A stretch of 64,000 bases of DNA from Octopus vulgaris (taxonomy: Eukaryota): assembly GCA_951406725.2 (NCBI GenBank), contig OX597841.1, positions 21,514,001 to 21,578,000 on the forward strand, read 5' to 3'. Below, one piece after another: positions 12,616-25,512 of this stretch. The first letter of the stretch is position 1. The number at the start of each line of letters is the position of its first letter. The notes beneath the pieces are model-generated. The model did not search any database. It was not told where the DNA came from and worked only from the letters and a program-made list of their open reading frames with translations. The translations under genes were made by a program, and so were the position numbers.

Positions 12616-13269
12616 AGAGGACAGGAACAGCAAGAAATGAGTGTTCTGCTTAAGAACTCAATGCATCGCCCAGTCCAGGAATTGAAACTGCAGTCTTAGA
12701 ATCATGAGTCGATTGCCCTAACCACCAAGCCATGCACCTCCACATCTATAAGCGATGCCCGTATAAGTTATTCTTTTGTATATTTTTCATTGTGCAACCA
12801 ATATTAATTATTCATGCAGCCCTGTCGTTCAGTGAGCGGAGGACATATTCAGTTTAGTGGGTCTCTTTGAGTGTGTCGCAGTCTTTGTTTGCTTCCAGCC
12901 ATTTGGACTTCGACCATGTTGGGGGGGAGGGGGAAGAAAGGAGGGAAGAGTTGGGGGGGAGCGGTGTAATCAAGGGCTTTTAATTAATTAATCATATCAG
13001 TGACCCCCCCCCCCCCATACACGCTTCCCAGCACTTATCCCTCTCGGATTGACGGATATTGATATCATATTGATCTCTGCTTATCGAATGACTTCTGTTG
13101 TGGGCGAGAGTGTTTGTTTTTGCTTTTTGTTGTTCTTTTTATTCTTTTACGTACAGAGACACAGTAACATTGGTTCAAACCAGCAAACAGGCAGTCACAG
13201 ATAGGAGCACACACCACATACACACACACACACATCTGTTTTCTAATATTCATATTTTATGTATACATC

Positions 13270-13665
13270 ATTCATCATCATCATCGTTTAACGTCCGCTT
13301 TCCATGCTGGCATAGGTTGGACGATTTGACTGAGGACTGGCGAACCAGCTGGCTGCACCAGGCTCCAATCTGATCTGGCAGAGTTTCTACAGCTGGATGC
13401 CCTTCCTAACGCCAACCGCTCTGAGAGTGTTGTGGGTGCTTTTACGTGTCTCCGGTACAAAGGCCAGTCAGGCGGTACTGGCAACGGCCACGCTCAAATG
13501 GTGCTTTTTACGTGTCACCAGCACGGAAGCCAGTCAGCTGCTCTGGTAACGATCTGGCTCGGATGGTGCTCTTAGCGCTCCACAAGCACTGATGCCAGTC
13601 ATCGAATTTGATTCTGATTTCACTTTACCTCAACAGGTCTTTGCAAGCAGAGTTTAGTGTCCAAA
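13270..13665 (-). mobile_element. SINE-like family C with (GAT)n tail
   Basis: Shared GTTGGCGTTAGGAAGGGCATCCAGC core; copies at 15555, 20445, 23207, 33195, 52908 (-) and 34015, 46185, 46962, 50140 (+). Confidence 0.75.
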
Positions 13666-13990
13666 ATATATATATATAGGCGCAGGAGTGGCTGTGTGGT
13701 AAGTAGCTTGTTTACCAACCACATGGTTCAGGGTTCAGTCCCACTGCATGGCACCTTAAGCAAGTGTCTTCTACTGTAGCCTCGGGCCGACCAAGGCCTT
13801 GTGAGTGGATTTGGTAGATGGAAACTGAAAGAAGGCCGTCGTATATATGTATATATATATATTATATTGAGGGTACTACTATTCATAGATACCACACGCT
13901 AAGAGGGACCAATGCGGTCAAAACTACTAAAATAAACAAAATTTTACCGAATGCAAAACTTCAAAGCGAGTCATTTAAAAGAAGAATTTA

Positions 13991-14054
13991 GTTACATATC
14001 ACCTGTGATTTCGCAATTAATGCAGAATATGCATTCTATGTTCATCAGTGCAAC
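13991..14054 (-). ncRNA. Type I hammerhead ribozyme motif with canonical core
   Basis: guugca-CUGAUGA-[stem II, imperfect base]-GAAA-UCAC-ag-GUGA-UA-uguaac; the host element 13860-14116 is inserted in the (TA)n of a SINE. Confidence 0.65.
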
Positions 14055-14115
14055 AAACTCAAGATATATAAGAAAAAACATAACGTTACAAGCTCGATAG
14101 CCAACCGTAGAATTC

Positions 14116-14154
<39 letters not shown>

Positions 14155-14399
14155 TGTTTGTGTGTCTGTGTTTGTCCCCCTAGCATTGCTTGACAACCAA
14201 TGCTGGTGTGTTTACGTCCCCGTCACTTAGCGGTTCGGCAAAAAGAGACCAATAGAATAAGTACTGGGCTTACAAAGAATAAGTCCCGGGGTCGATTTGC
14301 TCGACTAAAAGGTGGTGCTCCAGCATGGCCGCAGTCAAATGACTGAAACAAGTAAAAGAGTGAAAAGAGTATGCTAATTTCATTTCTTTCTATTCTTTA

Positions 14400-14790
14400 C
14401 ATTTCGTCTGCATTCACAGCCCAAGCCTCAAACCTATGTGGCACAACTGTTTATACATAGACATCATACAATCTGCTTTTCATTCTGACAGAGAAATGCC
14501 TTTTGTTATCAACAGATAAAAATTCTCTGCAATTTTCCTTGCCAGGGCTTTTCTGGTAACGAGATTGTCAGAGCATCCTCCTCCACTGCTAATTAGGCCA
14601 TGCTGGTAAAAGAATCTTTCTACTACTTCTAGGAAGCCTCTTGGGCATTCCAGAGCATCTGTTTCCTCTGTGCTTTTGTTGTTTATTGTTCCTGCACGTC
14701 TGTAGCAAACAAATTCTACTCCCTCTGCGAACCTTCCTGTGAGACCACTGCATCGCTTTTGTTCACTTTGCACCGAGTGCACCTTGTGAA
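14400..14790 (-). mobile_element. Decayed RTE LINE fragment
   Basis: [10 protein letters not shown]...[19 protein letters not shown]...LLITKGISL, similar to 24745-25197. Confidence 0.7.
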
Positions 14791-15261
14791 TGTGTACATA
14801 AATGATTATATGTATTTGCACAATATATATATATATATATATCTGTATACATATATATATGTGTGTGTGTATGTATATATAATTATATACATATATATAT
14901 GTGTGTGTGTACATATATATATATATGTATACATATATATGTGTGTGTATGTATATATAATTATATACATATATATATATATGTTTACATATATATATGT
15001 GTGTGTTTGTATATATAATTATATATATATATATATATTCATATATGTATATATGTGTACATATATGTGTGTGTGTGTATGTATATATAATTATATATAT
15101 ATATATATATATATTCATATATGTATATATGTGTACATATATATGTGTGTGTGTACGTATATATAATTATATATATATATATATATATATTCATATATTT
15201 ATATGTGTACATATATATATATATGTGTGTGTGTGTGTATGTATACATATATATATGTGTG

Positions 15262-15292
<31 letters not shown>

Positions 15293-15305
15293 TCATATAT
15301 GTATA

Positions 15306-15336
<31 letters not shown>

Positions 15337-15405
15337 GTCTGTGTGTGTGTATGTATACATATATATATGTGTGTGTATGTATTTATAATGATATATATAT
15401 ATATT
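14790..15405. repeat. TA/TG compound minisatellite
   Basis: Direct reading. Confidence 0.9.
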
Positions 15406-16734
15406 TAATGCATAATTGTTAGTTGATAAACAATTACGGATTAAATATTTATTCACTCACAGACGTATCTTTGTGTTCTTTATTCTAAGTGTCTGGACAC
15501 AGCTTCTTTAAAACATGTCACACCTTGAACACACACCTTAACATATATATATATCATCATCATCATGATTTAACATCCGTTGTCCATGCTCACCTGGGAT
15601 GGACAGTTTGACCAGGGTTAGTAAGCCGAGGGTCTGCACCAGAATGTAACCTGATCTGGCCTGGTTTCTACAGCTAGATGCCTTTCCTAATGCCATTCAC
15701 TCCTAGAGTGTAATGGGTGATTTTGGCATGCTACCGGCACAGATACCAGTTGCATCACGCTGGTATCTATCATGACTATCATGTAAGGCGGCGAGCTGGC
15801 AGAATGGTTAGCACGCCGGACACAATGCGTAGCCGTATTTCGTCTGCTGTTACGTTCTGAGTTCAAATTCCGCCGAGGTCGACTTTGCCTTTCATCCATT
15901 CGGGGTCGATAAATTAAGTACCAGTTTACGCACTGGGGTCGATGTAATCAACTTAATCCCTTTGTCTGTCCTTGTTTGTTCTCTCTGTGTTTAGCCCCAT
16001 GTGGGTAGTAAAGAAATAGGTATCTATCATGACTATGATTTCACTTGACTCAATGGGTCTTCTTCTTAAGCACAGAATATTGCCAAAGGTCTCGGTCATC
16101 TGTCTTTGTCTCTGTGAAGCCCAACACTCAAAAGGTGCTTTTTACATGCTGCCGGAACAGGTGGTAGTTACACGACACCAATACACGCACACACATTTAT
16201 ATGTATCTCTCTATATAGGCGCAGGAGTGGCTGTGTGGTAAGTAGCTTGCTTACCAACCATATGGTTCTGGGTTCAGTCCCACTGCGTGGCACCTTGGGC
16301 AAGTGTCTTCTACTATAGCCTCGATACTAAGCATTTCGCCCAGCATGCTAACGATTCTGCCAGCTCGCCACCTTATATGTATATATATATATCATCATCC
16401 ATCTTCCATGCATACATGGGTAGGACGGTTGACAGGTGCCAACCATGTAGAAAAACTACCCTAGGCTACTGTGTCTGTTTTGGCAGAGATTTTACAGCTG
16501 GATGCACTCCTTAACATATATATTTCTCTAGTAAATCCAAAATAGAAGCACACTAAGTTATGTAGCAGTAGGGTGTATAGACTTGCTAGAAAGGCCATCG
16601 GCCAGCGGGTTTTAGGGTCTGAAGTAATGCTGTAAAGATAAACACCTTATGGACATGAAACCCAGGGTAACCCATAGACTGACCATATCTATTTTTATCT
16701 ATCTATCTGTCGTTATATATATTCAAAATGTGAC

Positions 16735-16912
16735 CGTGTGTGTACCGTTGGCGATTTTTTCCTCTGTCTTCCTTTCTTTGGATCTTTCCTTTTCCTATGT
16801 TCCTGACGAAGAGCTCCGCTCAAAACGTTAAACCCTTCTTCTTCCCTGAGCGTCCAATAATACTATACTTGTTCCACGTCCTCGTGTTGTTGTGTTTTCA
16901 TGTTTGGATTAA
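16735..16912 (+). mobile_element. Short Penelope-like terminal element with decayed hammerhead (second copy at 34662-34860)
   Basis: CTGACGA-A-GAGC-tcc-GCTC-AAAAC-GTT; two homologous copies next to TA/CA repeats. Confidence 0.55.
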
Positions 16913-16933
16913 CTACACACACACATATATATA

Positions 16934-17106
16934 TAGGTGCAGGAGTGGCTTTGTGGTAAGTAGCTTGCTAACCAACCACATAGTTCTGGGTTCAGTCCCA
17001 CTGCGTGGCATCTTGGGCAAGTGTCTTCTGCTATAGCCTCCAGCCGACCAATGCCTTGTGAGTGGATTTGGTAGATGGAAACTGAAAGAAGCCTGTCGTA
17101 TATATG

Positions 17107-17139
<33 letters not shown>

Positions 17140-17337
17140 CTGTGTTTGTCCCCTAGCATTGCTTGACAACCGATGCTGGTGTGTTTACGTCCCCGTCACT
17201 TAGCGGTTCGGCAAAAGAGACCGATAGAATAAATACCGGGCTTACAAAGAATAAGTCCCAGGGTCGATTTGCTCAACTAAAGGCGGTGCTCCAGCATGGC
17301 CGCAGTCAAATGACTGAAACAAGTAAAAGAGTAAAGC

Positions 17338-17369
<32 letters not shown>

Positions 17370-17979
17370 TGGTGCTCCAGTGTGGCCACAGTCAAATGAC
17401 TTAAACAAGTAAAAGAATATGAATGCCTTGTGCACAAATTTCATCCACACCCTGTTGGTTAATCCAGCACCCACACGTGGCGTCGCTTGTGAAGGATTCC
17501 ATGCTCTGAAATGAAACCCACACCACCACGGTTGGAGAACAAGCCTGTAACCACACAGCTATACATTCCACATATGTCGATAACTGGTTTGGCTTTTTTT
17601 TTTAACAGAGAATAAAAAAGTAGAATTTTAAACAATACAAGCTGATATTTGTTTATTCTGCTTCGTGATATATCAATGTAAAAAAATTGGGAGTTATTAA
17701 CTTCAGTTGTTGCTGAGAAACCAGCAGGGGCATAATCAATCAAGCAAACAAACTAGGCAAAAACTGAGGCACCACATTTTTTGATGGTTGGATATATTTG
17801 GATGGGGGGTTATGCTGGAGTGGCTGTGTGGTAAGTAGCTTGCTAACCAACCACATGGTTCCGGGTTCAGTCCCACTGCATGGCACCTTGGGCAAGTGTC
17901 TTCTACTATAGCCTCAGGCCGACCAAAGCCTTGTGAGTGGATTTGGTAGACGGAAACTGAAAGAAGCCAGTCGTATATA

Positions 17980-18025
<46 letters not shown>

Positions 18026-18189
18026 CGCAGGAGTGGCTGTGTGGTAAGTAGCTTGTTTACCAACCACATGGTTCCGGGTTCAGTCCCACTGCGTGGCACC
18101 TTGGGCAAGTGTCTTCTGCTATAGCCTCGGGCCGACCAAAGCCTTGTGAGTGGATTTGGTAGACGGAAACTGAAAGAAGCCCAGTCGTA

Positions 18190-18234
<45 letters not shown>

Positions 18235-18435
18235 ATCTGTGTTTGTCCCCCTAGCATTGCTTGACAACCGATGCTGGTGTGTTTACGTCCCCGTCACTTA
18301 GCGGTTCGGCAAAAAGAGACCGATAGAATAAGTACTGGGCTTACAAAAAGAATAAGTCCCGGGGTCGAGCTGCTCGATTAAAGGCGGTGCTCCAGCATGG
18401 CCGCAGTCAAAATGACTGAAACAAGTAAAAAAAAA
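16934..18435 (+). mobile_element. SINE family A cluster (16934-17335, 17815-17975, 18023-18435)
   Basis: Identity to other family A copies. Confidence 0.8.
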
Positions 18436-18829
18436 AATACATACTCACACACACACATGTAGATAAATAGATACACACACACACACACACACACATCTCT
18501 GACTTTCAGCTTTCCCTCTCTGGATTATTTAGCAATAACAGCCGATTACATTCCTTATTGTTTTTATTATTATTATCATTATTGATTATTGGTTTTCTTT
18601 TCCATTCTTTTTTTAATTTTTTCGTAATGTAGGACAACTGAAGGGTAGGTGGGGCGGGGGTTGGTAGTGTTGGTGGCGTTGATGGTGTCGATGGTGGCAG
18701 CGCTGCGGAGGAGGCGGTGGAGTCGGAAAACTCTTCGGCACACACACACATGCACACACACACACACAGAGTTTCTGCGTTTCAACTCTTTGCATTGATT
18801 TCTTTCTCCTGTTTCTACACTCCTGTTTC

Positions 18830-18867
18830 TACACACACACACACAAATACACACACATACATACAAG

Positions 18868-18903
<36 letters not shown>

Positions 18904-20185
18904 AACATACGCACAAACATGCACACAGAGACGCACACAAACACACTCACAAATACACACACACCCAGACACACACACACCCAGACACACACACACCCAG
19001 ACACACACACACACACACACACACACACCCAGACACACACACACCCAGACACACACACACACACACACACACCCAGACACACACACACCCAGACACACAC
19101 ACACACACACACACACCCAGACACACACACACCCAGACACACACACACCCAGACACACACACACCCAGACACACACACACCCAGACACACACACACACCC
19201 AAATCACTTCGGTGGACATCTGTTGGAAATAGGCTCAAAGATGCCTATATATGTAATAGTGGTAGTAGTAGTAGTAGTTATAATGTTGGTGGTGGTGGTG
19301 GTGGTAGTAGTAGTAGTGGTGGTGGTGGTAGTAGTAGTAGTGGTGGTGGTGGTAGTAGTAGTAGTGGTGGTGGTGATAGTTGTAGTAGTGGTGGTGGTGA
19401 TAGTAGTCGTAGTGGTGGTGGTGATAGTAGTAGTAGTGGTGGTGGTGGTAGTAGTATTAGTGGTGGTGGTGATAGTGGTGGTGGTGGTAGTAGTAGTGGT
19501 GGTGGTGGTGATAGTAGTCGTAGTGGTGGTGGTGATAGTAGTAGTAGTGGTGGTGGTGGTAGTAGTATTAGTGGTGGTGGTGATAGTTGTAGTAGTGGTG
19601 GTGGTGGTAGTAGTAGTGGTGGTGGTGGTGATAGTAGTCGTAGTGGTGGTGGTGATAGTAGTAGTAGTGGTGGTGGTGGTAGTAGTATTAGTGGTGGTGG
19701 TGATAGTAGTCGTAGTGGTGGTGGTGATAGTAGTATTAGTGGTGGTGGTGATAGTTGTAGTAGTGGTGGTGGTGGTAGTAGTATTAGTGGTGGTGGTGAT
19801 AGTTGTAGTAGTGGTGGTGGTGGTAGTAGTAGTGGTGGTGGTGGTGATAGTAGTCATAGTGGTGGTGGTGATAGTAGTAGTAGTGGTGGTGGTGGTAGTA
19901 GTATTAGTGGTGGTGGTGATAGTTGTAGTAGTGGTATTTGTAGTAGCAGTAGTGATAGTAGCGGTAATGGTATTTGTAGAAGTAGTGGTGGTGGTAGTAG
20001 TAGTATTAGTGGTGGCGGTGCTAGTAGTAGTAGTAGTAGTGGTATTTGTAGTAGCGGTGGTGGTGGTGGTGTTTGTAGTAGTAGTAGTAGTAGTCCTGGT
20101 GGTGGTGGTGGTATTTGTAGTAGCGGTATTGATAGTAGTGATGGTAGTAGTAGTAGTAGTAGTAGTATTTGTGGTGGTGGTGGTG
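18830..20185. repeat. (CA)n/CCCAGA minisatellite followed by a GGT/AGT triplet satellite
   Basis: Direct reading. Confidence 0.92.
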
Positions 20186-21129
20186 TCCCAGATGAAGGAG
20201 CAACTTCTATATAATGCTGGTGTGTCTGTTATTAGTCCACCCAGCTGTCACCACCACCATCATCATCATCATCATCGTTTTTTTTCCTCTTTCTTTTCCC
20301 TTTAGTGTCCACTTCCCAATGCTTAACACGGGTCAGCTGGAATTTTGCTTCTCTTCTTCTTTTTCTCCGACTCGGATCCTCTTCAGCCGGAAGGATGCTC
20401 TTCCTGTCACTCACACTCGCTTGTTTCCAGGCAGGCTCATCTTCATCATCATCGTTTAGCGTCCGCCTTCCATGCTAGCATGGGTTGGACGGTTCAACTG
20501 GGGTCTGTGAAGCTGGAAGGCTTCGTCAGGCCCAGTCAGATCTGGCAGTGTTTCTACGGCTGGATGCCCTTCCTAACGCCAACCACTCCGTGAGTGTAGT
20601 GGGTGCTTTTTACGTGCCACCTGCACAGGTGCCAGACAGAGCTGGCGAACGGCCACGAACGGATGGTGCTTTTACGTGTCACCGGCACGGGGGCCAGCCG
20701 AGGCTGGCAACGGACGCGAACGGATGGTGCTTTTACGTGCCACCGACACGGGGCCAGACAGAGCTGGCGAACGGCCACGAACGGACGGTGCTTTTACGTG
20801 TCACCGGCACGGGGGCCAGCCGAGGCTGGCAACGGACACGAACGGATGGTGCTTTTACGTGCCACCGGCACGGGGCCAGGCGATGCTGGCAAACGGCCAC
20901 GAACGGACGGTGCTTTTACGTGTCACCGGCACGGGGGCCAGCCGAGGCTGGCAACGGACACCATATTTCCCAATTGGCCAAACACCTTCCAAAAGACCGA
21001 CAGGAGACAACTTACTCTGCTTCTGTGACCGCGACATTCATTCGTCCATTCCTTCATCATCATCATCATCGTCATCATCGTCCTTTTACATCTCTTTACT
21101 CTCTTTTACTCTTTTACCTGTTTCAGTCA

Positions 21130-21592
21130 GGAAATTTTGTATGCCTAGCACTTGGAACTTCAGAAGGGTCTTCATATAAGCATCTGTCATTTCTGTTAAC
21201 TTCTTGATCTTGGTCGAAGTTTTTCTTGTTTGAGAAAAACCAAATCAAATCTTCTTCTGCTGGATTTTTCAGTTTGTTTAAGAACCTTTTAGGTCTGATG
21301 TAGAGATTTTCTTTTGCTTTTTCTAACTAAATTGACTTTTCCTCATCATATAAGACTTATATCTGATGTCTTCATGGACAACATTTCTGACTGTTCCTTC
21401 TGACACATAGAGATCTTTTGCAATTGACCTCAAGGTCTTTCTGGGATTGTAATGAATGGTCTGTTGAACTTGCTGGATAAATTCAGGTTTTCTGATGATT
21501 TCAGAGCGTTTAGAATGCTTTTTATGCTTTGATACTGGTGAAACATTTCCATCTTCAGTCTCTAGCTCCTTACAAACTTTGTAGACAAAACA
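21130..21592 (-). mobile_element. Decayed Tc1/mariner-superfamily transposase (N-terminal HTH to first catalytic D region)
   Basis: KPEFIQQVQQTIHYNPRKTLRSIAKDLYVSEGTVRNVVHEDIRYKSY...WFFSxxKNFDQ, with stops and frameshifts. Confidence 0.75.
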
Positions 21593-21596
21593 TAAC

Positions 21597-22005
21597 TGTG
21601 GCCATGCTGGAGCACCGCCTTTAGTCGAGCAACTCGACCCCGGGACTTATTCTTTTGTAAGCCCAGTACTTATTCTATCGGTCTCTTTTGCCGAACCGCT
21701 AAGTAACGGGGACATAAACACACCAACATCGGTTGTCAAGCAATGCTAGGGGGACAAACACAGACACACAAACACACACACATATATATATAATACTTGT
21801 GTGTGCTTGTGTGTGTGCTCAGGAATATAAAATATACGTAGGCGCAGGAGTGGCTGTGTGGTAAGTAGCTTGTTTACCAACCACATGGTTCCGGGTTCAG
21901 TCCCACTGCGTGGCATCTTGGGCAAGTGTCTCCAGCTATAGCCCCGGGCCAACCAATGCCTTGTGAGTGGATTTGGTAGACGGAAACTGAAAGAAGCCCG
22001 TCGTA

Positions 22006-22044
<39 letters not shown>

Positions 22045-22256
22045 GCGTTTGTGTGTCTGTGTTTGTCCCCCTAGCATTGCTTGACAACCGATGCTGGTGT
22101 GTTTACATCCCCGTCACTTAGCGGTTCGGCAAAAGAGACCAATAGAATAAGTACTGGGCTTACAAAGAATAAGTCCCGGGGTCGATTTGCTCGACTAAAG
22201 GCGGTGCTCCAGCATGGCCGCAGTCAAATGACTGAAACAAGTAAAAGAGTAAAAGT
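21597..22256. mobile_element. Divergent pair of SINE A copies (21597-21790 -, 21840-22256 +)
   Basis: Family A sequence on both strands. Confidence 0.85.
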
Positions 22257-22435
22257 AAGTATACAATATTTCTGTCATGCTTGTAGTAGTGTGGTGATGG
22301 TTGTGGTTGTGGTGTGGGTGGTAGCATTGGAGTTGTGCGAGTCACCACAGAGCACAGCAGACCTGTTCAGTGTTGATTTATTGACCAGATAAGTGAAAGG
22401 ACCAGCTTTTGTAGGTCATCGAGATAACAGCATGT

Positions 22436-22960
<525 letters not shown>

Positions 22961-23859
22961 AGCTGTACTTTGATGCCATGCTTAGACAGACCGACAGACA
23001 CACGCACGCACACACTTATACATATAAAAGCTTGTTCAGTAAATCTTTGTACCCAAGCAGAAAGACCAGAACAAAGGCCTAGATACTCAGGTGTAGCGTG
23101 AGGCAAGTGAACTGTAGTGCAGACCCATGGGGTTAATCCATACTTTAGAAATATTCTTATTTGTATTTCGCTACGAAGCTCTATAGATCTTCTTGATATT
23201 GTTCCCATCATCATCATCATCATCATCATCGTTTAACGTCCGTTCTCCATGCCAGCATGGGTTGGACTGTTCGACCGGGGATCTGGGAAGCCAGATGGCT
23301 TCACCAGGCCCCAGTCTGATCTGGCAGTGTTTCTACAGCTGGATGCCCTTCCTAACGCCAACCACTCCGTGAGTGTAGTGGGTGCTTTTTACGTACCACC
23401 AGCACAGGTGCCTGGCAAAGCTGGCAACGGCCACGATCGGATTGGTGCATTTTACGTGCCACTGGCACGGAAGCCAGTCAAGGTGACGCTGGCATCGGCC
23501 ACGATTCAGATGGTGCTTTTTACGTGCCACCTTCATGGGGCCAGTCAGGCGGTACTGGCTCAACAATAATAATTATAAGGATTATTACAAAGTGGCATAG
23601 CATTATCCCTTAATTCTTTTGATATATATATACAGCTTTATATAGACCTACACTTGTTTCAACTGTACCAATTACTAACCATTGCAATTGAACCCCTACT
23701 ATAAAACCAGTGCAGTTTCTTCAAAATCTTTATTTGATATCCTTCAATTAAACTGTTTAAAGTTTTTTGAACAATCTCCAATTCAAAGTTTGATTGGTTA
23801 ATCACAGTCCATTATTTCAAAACGTTCTGTTGTCTAAATGCTTATTATTCATTTATACT

Positions 23860-24166
23860 AGACAAATATGAATTTCCTCATGTGCAAGCATCTCGAAGCT
23901 TGTTCCTGTCTAGTATTTATTGGATATAAAAGGCTGGTAAAATTCTTCTAAACATTGATCAGATTTGTATAGTTCTAGGTCTGAATGGTTTTGCAGTACA
24001 AATTAATTCCCAATTGATAATATAGTCTTCGTTTCTGTCGTTAATAGAGCAGATTAATTTACTAAGGCTTGTTTGGAATATTTTATTTTTATCTTTAAAA
24101 TGAACTCAAAGGATTTGCCAGTCTCCTCTTGGAAATCAATAATGTCCCACCAATGTAAAAGTATTC
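23860..24166 (-). mobile_element. Penelope-like element relic, GIY-YIG endonuclease C-terminal half (frameshifted)
   Basis: EYFYIGGT...KRRLANPLSSF/KDKNKIFQTSLSKLICSINDRNEDYIINWELICTAKPF.../DQCLEE fits the PLE pattern YIG...SSF...T.LSK.I....W.....A.P...C..CL.E. Confidence 0.7.
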
Positions 24167-24309
24167 ATTACTCTCAAATGCAATTTTACATCTCTTTTAC
24201 TTGTTTCAGTCATTCGACTGGCCATGCTGGAGCACCACCTTCATCTTTTACTCTTTTAATCTATATATTATCTTTTTAGTCATGCAGTTATTTTTCACAT
24301 AGTATATAC

Positions 24310-24718
24310 TCTTTACTCTTTTACTCTTTTACTTGTTTCAGTCATTTGACTGCGGCCATGCTGGAGCACCGCCTTTAATCGAGCAACTCGACCCCGGGAC
24401 TTATTCTTTTGTAAGCCCAGTACTTATTCTATCGGTCTCTTTTGCCGAACCGCTAAGTAACGGGGACGTAAACACACCAGCATTGGTTGTCAAGCAATGC
24501 CAGGGGGACAAACACAGACACACATGCATATATATATATATATATATATATACACGATGGGCTTCTTTCAGTTTCCGTCTGCCAAATCCACTTACAAGGC
24601 TTTGGTCGGCCCGAGGCTATAGTAGAAGACACTTGCCCAAGGTGCCACGCTGTGGGACTGAACCCAGAACCATGTGGTTGATACACAAGCTACTTACCAC
24701 ACAGCCACTCCTGCGCCT
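24310..24718 (-). mobile_element. SINE family A full copy
   Basis: Reverse complement of family A. Confidence 0.85.
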
Positions 24719-24744
24719 GTATATATATATATAATTTTTGAGAT

Positions 24745-25197
24745 CCACAGGGGTAATAAACACTGAAGATGTACAGAAAACAGATTCCATCACATACCAG
24801 GGGGAGAAACTAGAAGTAGTTAAGAACTTCCACTACCTTGGCAACCAAGTCTGTAGTGGGGATGGTTGCTCTGAGAGTGTAGCAGCTTGAATAAGAATAG
24901 CCTGGGCAAAGTTCAGGGAACTCTTACCTCTGCTGGCAACTAAGGGCCTCTCGCTCAGGATGAAAGGCAGACTATATGATGCATGTGTACAAACAGCCAT
25001 GCTACATGGCAGTGAAACATGGGCTGTGACTGCTGAGGACATGTGTTGGCTTGAAAGAAATGAAACTAGCATGATCCACTGGATGTGTAATGTCAGTGTG
25101 TCTACATGACAGAGTGTGAGTGCCCTGAGAGAAAAGTTGGACATAAGAAGCATCAAATGTGGCGTGCAAGAGAGATGACTGCGCTGGTATGGTCATG
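24745..25197 (+). mobile_element. RTE LINE ORF fragment with stops
   Basis: LEVVKNFHYLG...WAKFRELLPLL...KGRLYDACVQTAMLHGSETW...LRWYGH. Confidence 0.85.
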
Positions 25198-25512
25198 AGC
25201 AGAGAGAGGTATGGATGTCGAGTGAGGTGGAATGAGAAAGATGAAGAGATGGACAGAGATGGGGAAATAGATAAATAAATGGATGGTCAGATAGGAGAAG
25301 CAGATGACGGTTTAAAAGATGGACAAATGACCAGCCATTTGACTGGTCAGATAGATAGGCAGCTACATCACTTTTAACAAAACTAGTACCACGTTCTAAC
25401 AACTGGCTCTTCTCTTCAGGCCCAAAATATACCTCAGGGCCGGCAATTATTGACCCTGTACAAAGGTCGTGTTAGATCTTCATGTGCATTCAGCAAAGGG
25501 ATGTCAAATTGC

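Noticed and set aside
17420-17745. Coding-looking - strand ORF (94 aa)
   Set aside because: Its 3' part aligns by eye to an old diverged SINE A head (AGCTGTGTGG...CTTGTTCTCCAACC...), and there is no recognisable domain.
18919-20305. Gly/Ser-rich 431-aa ORF resembling a structural protein
   Set aside because: It is a GGT/AGT satellite fused to a CA repeat, with no signal peptide or credible start.
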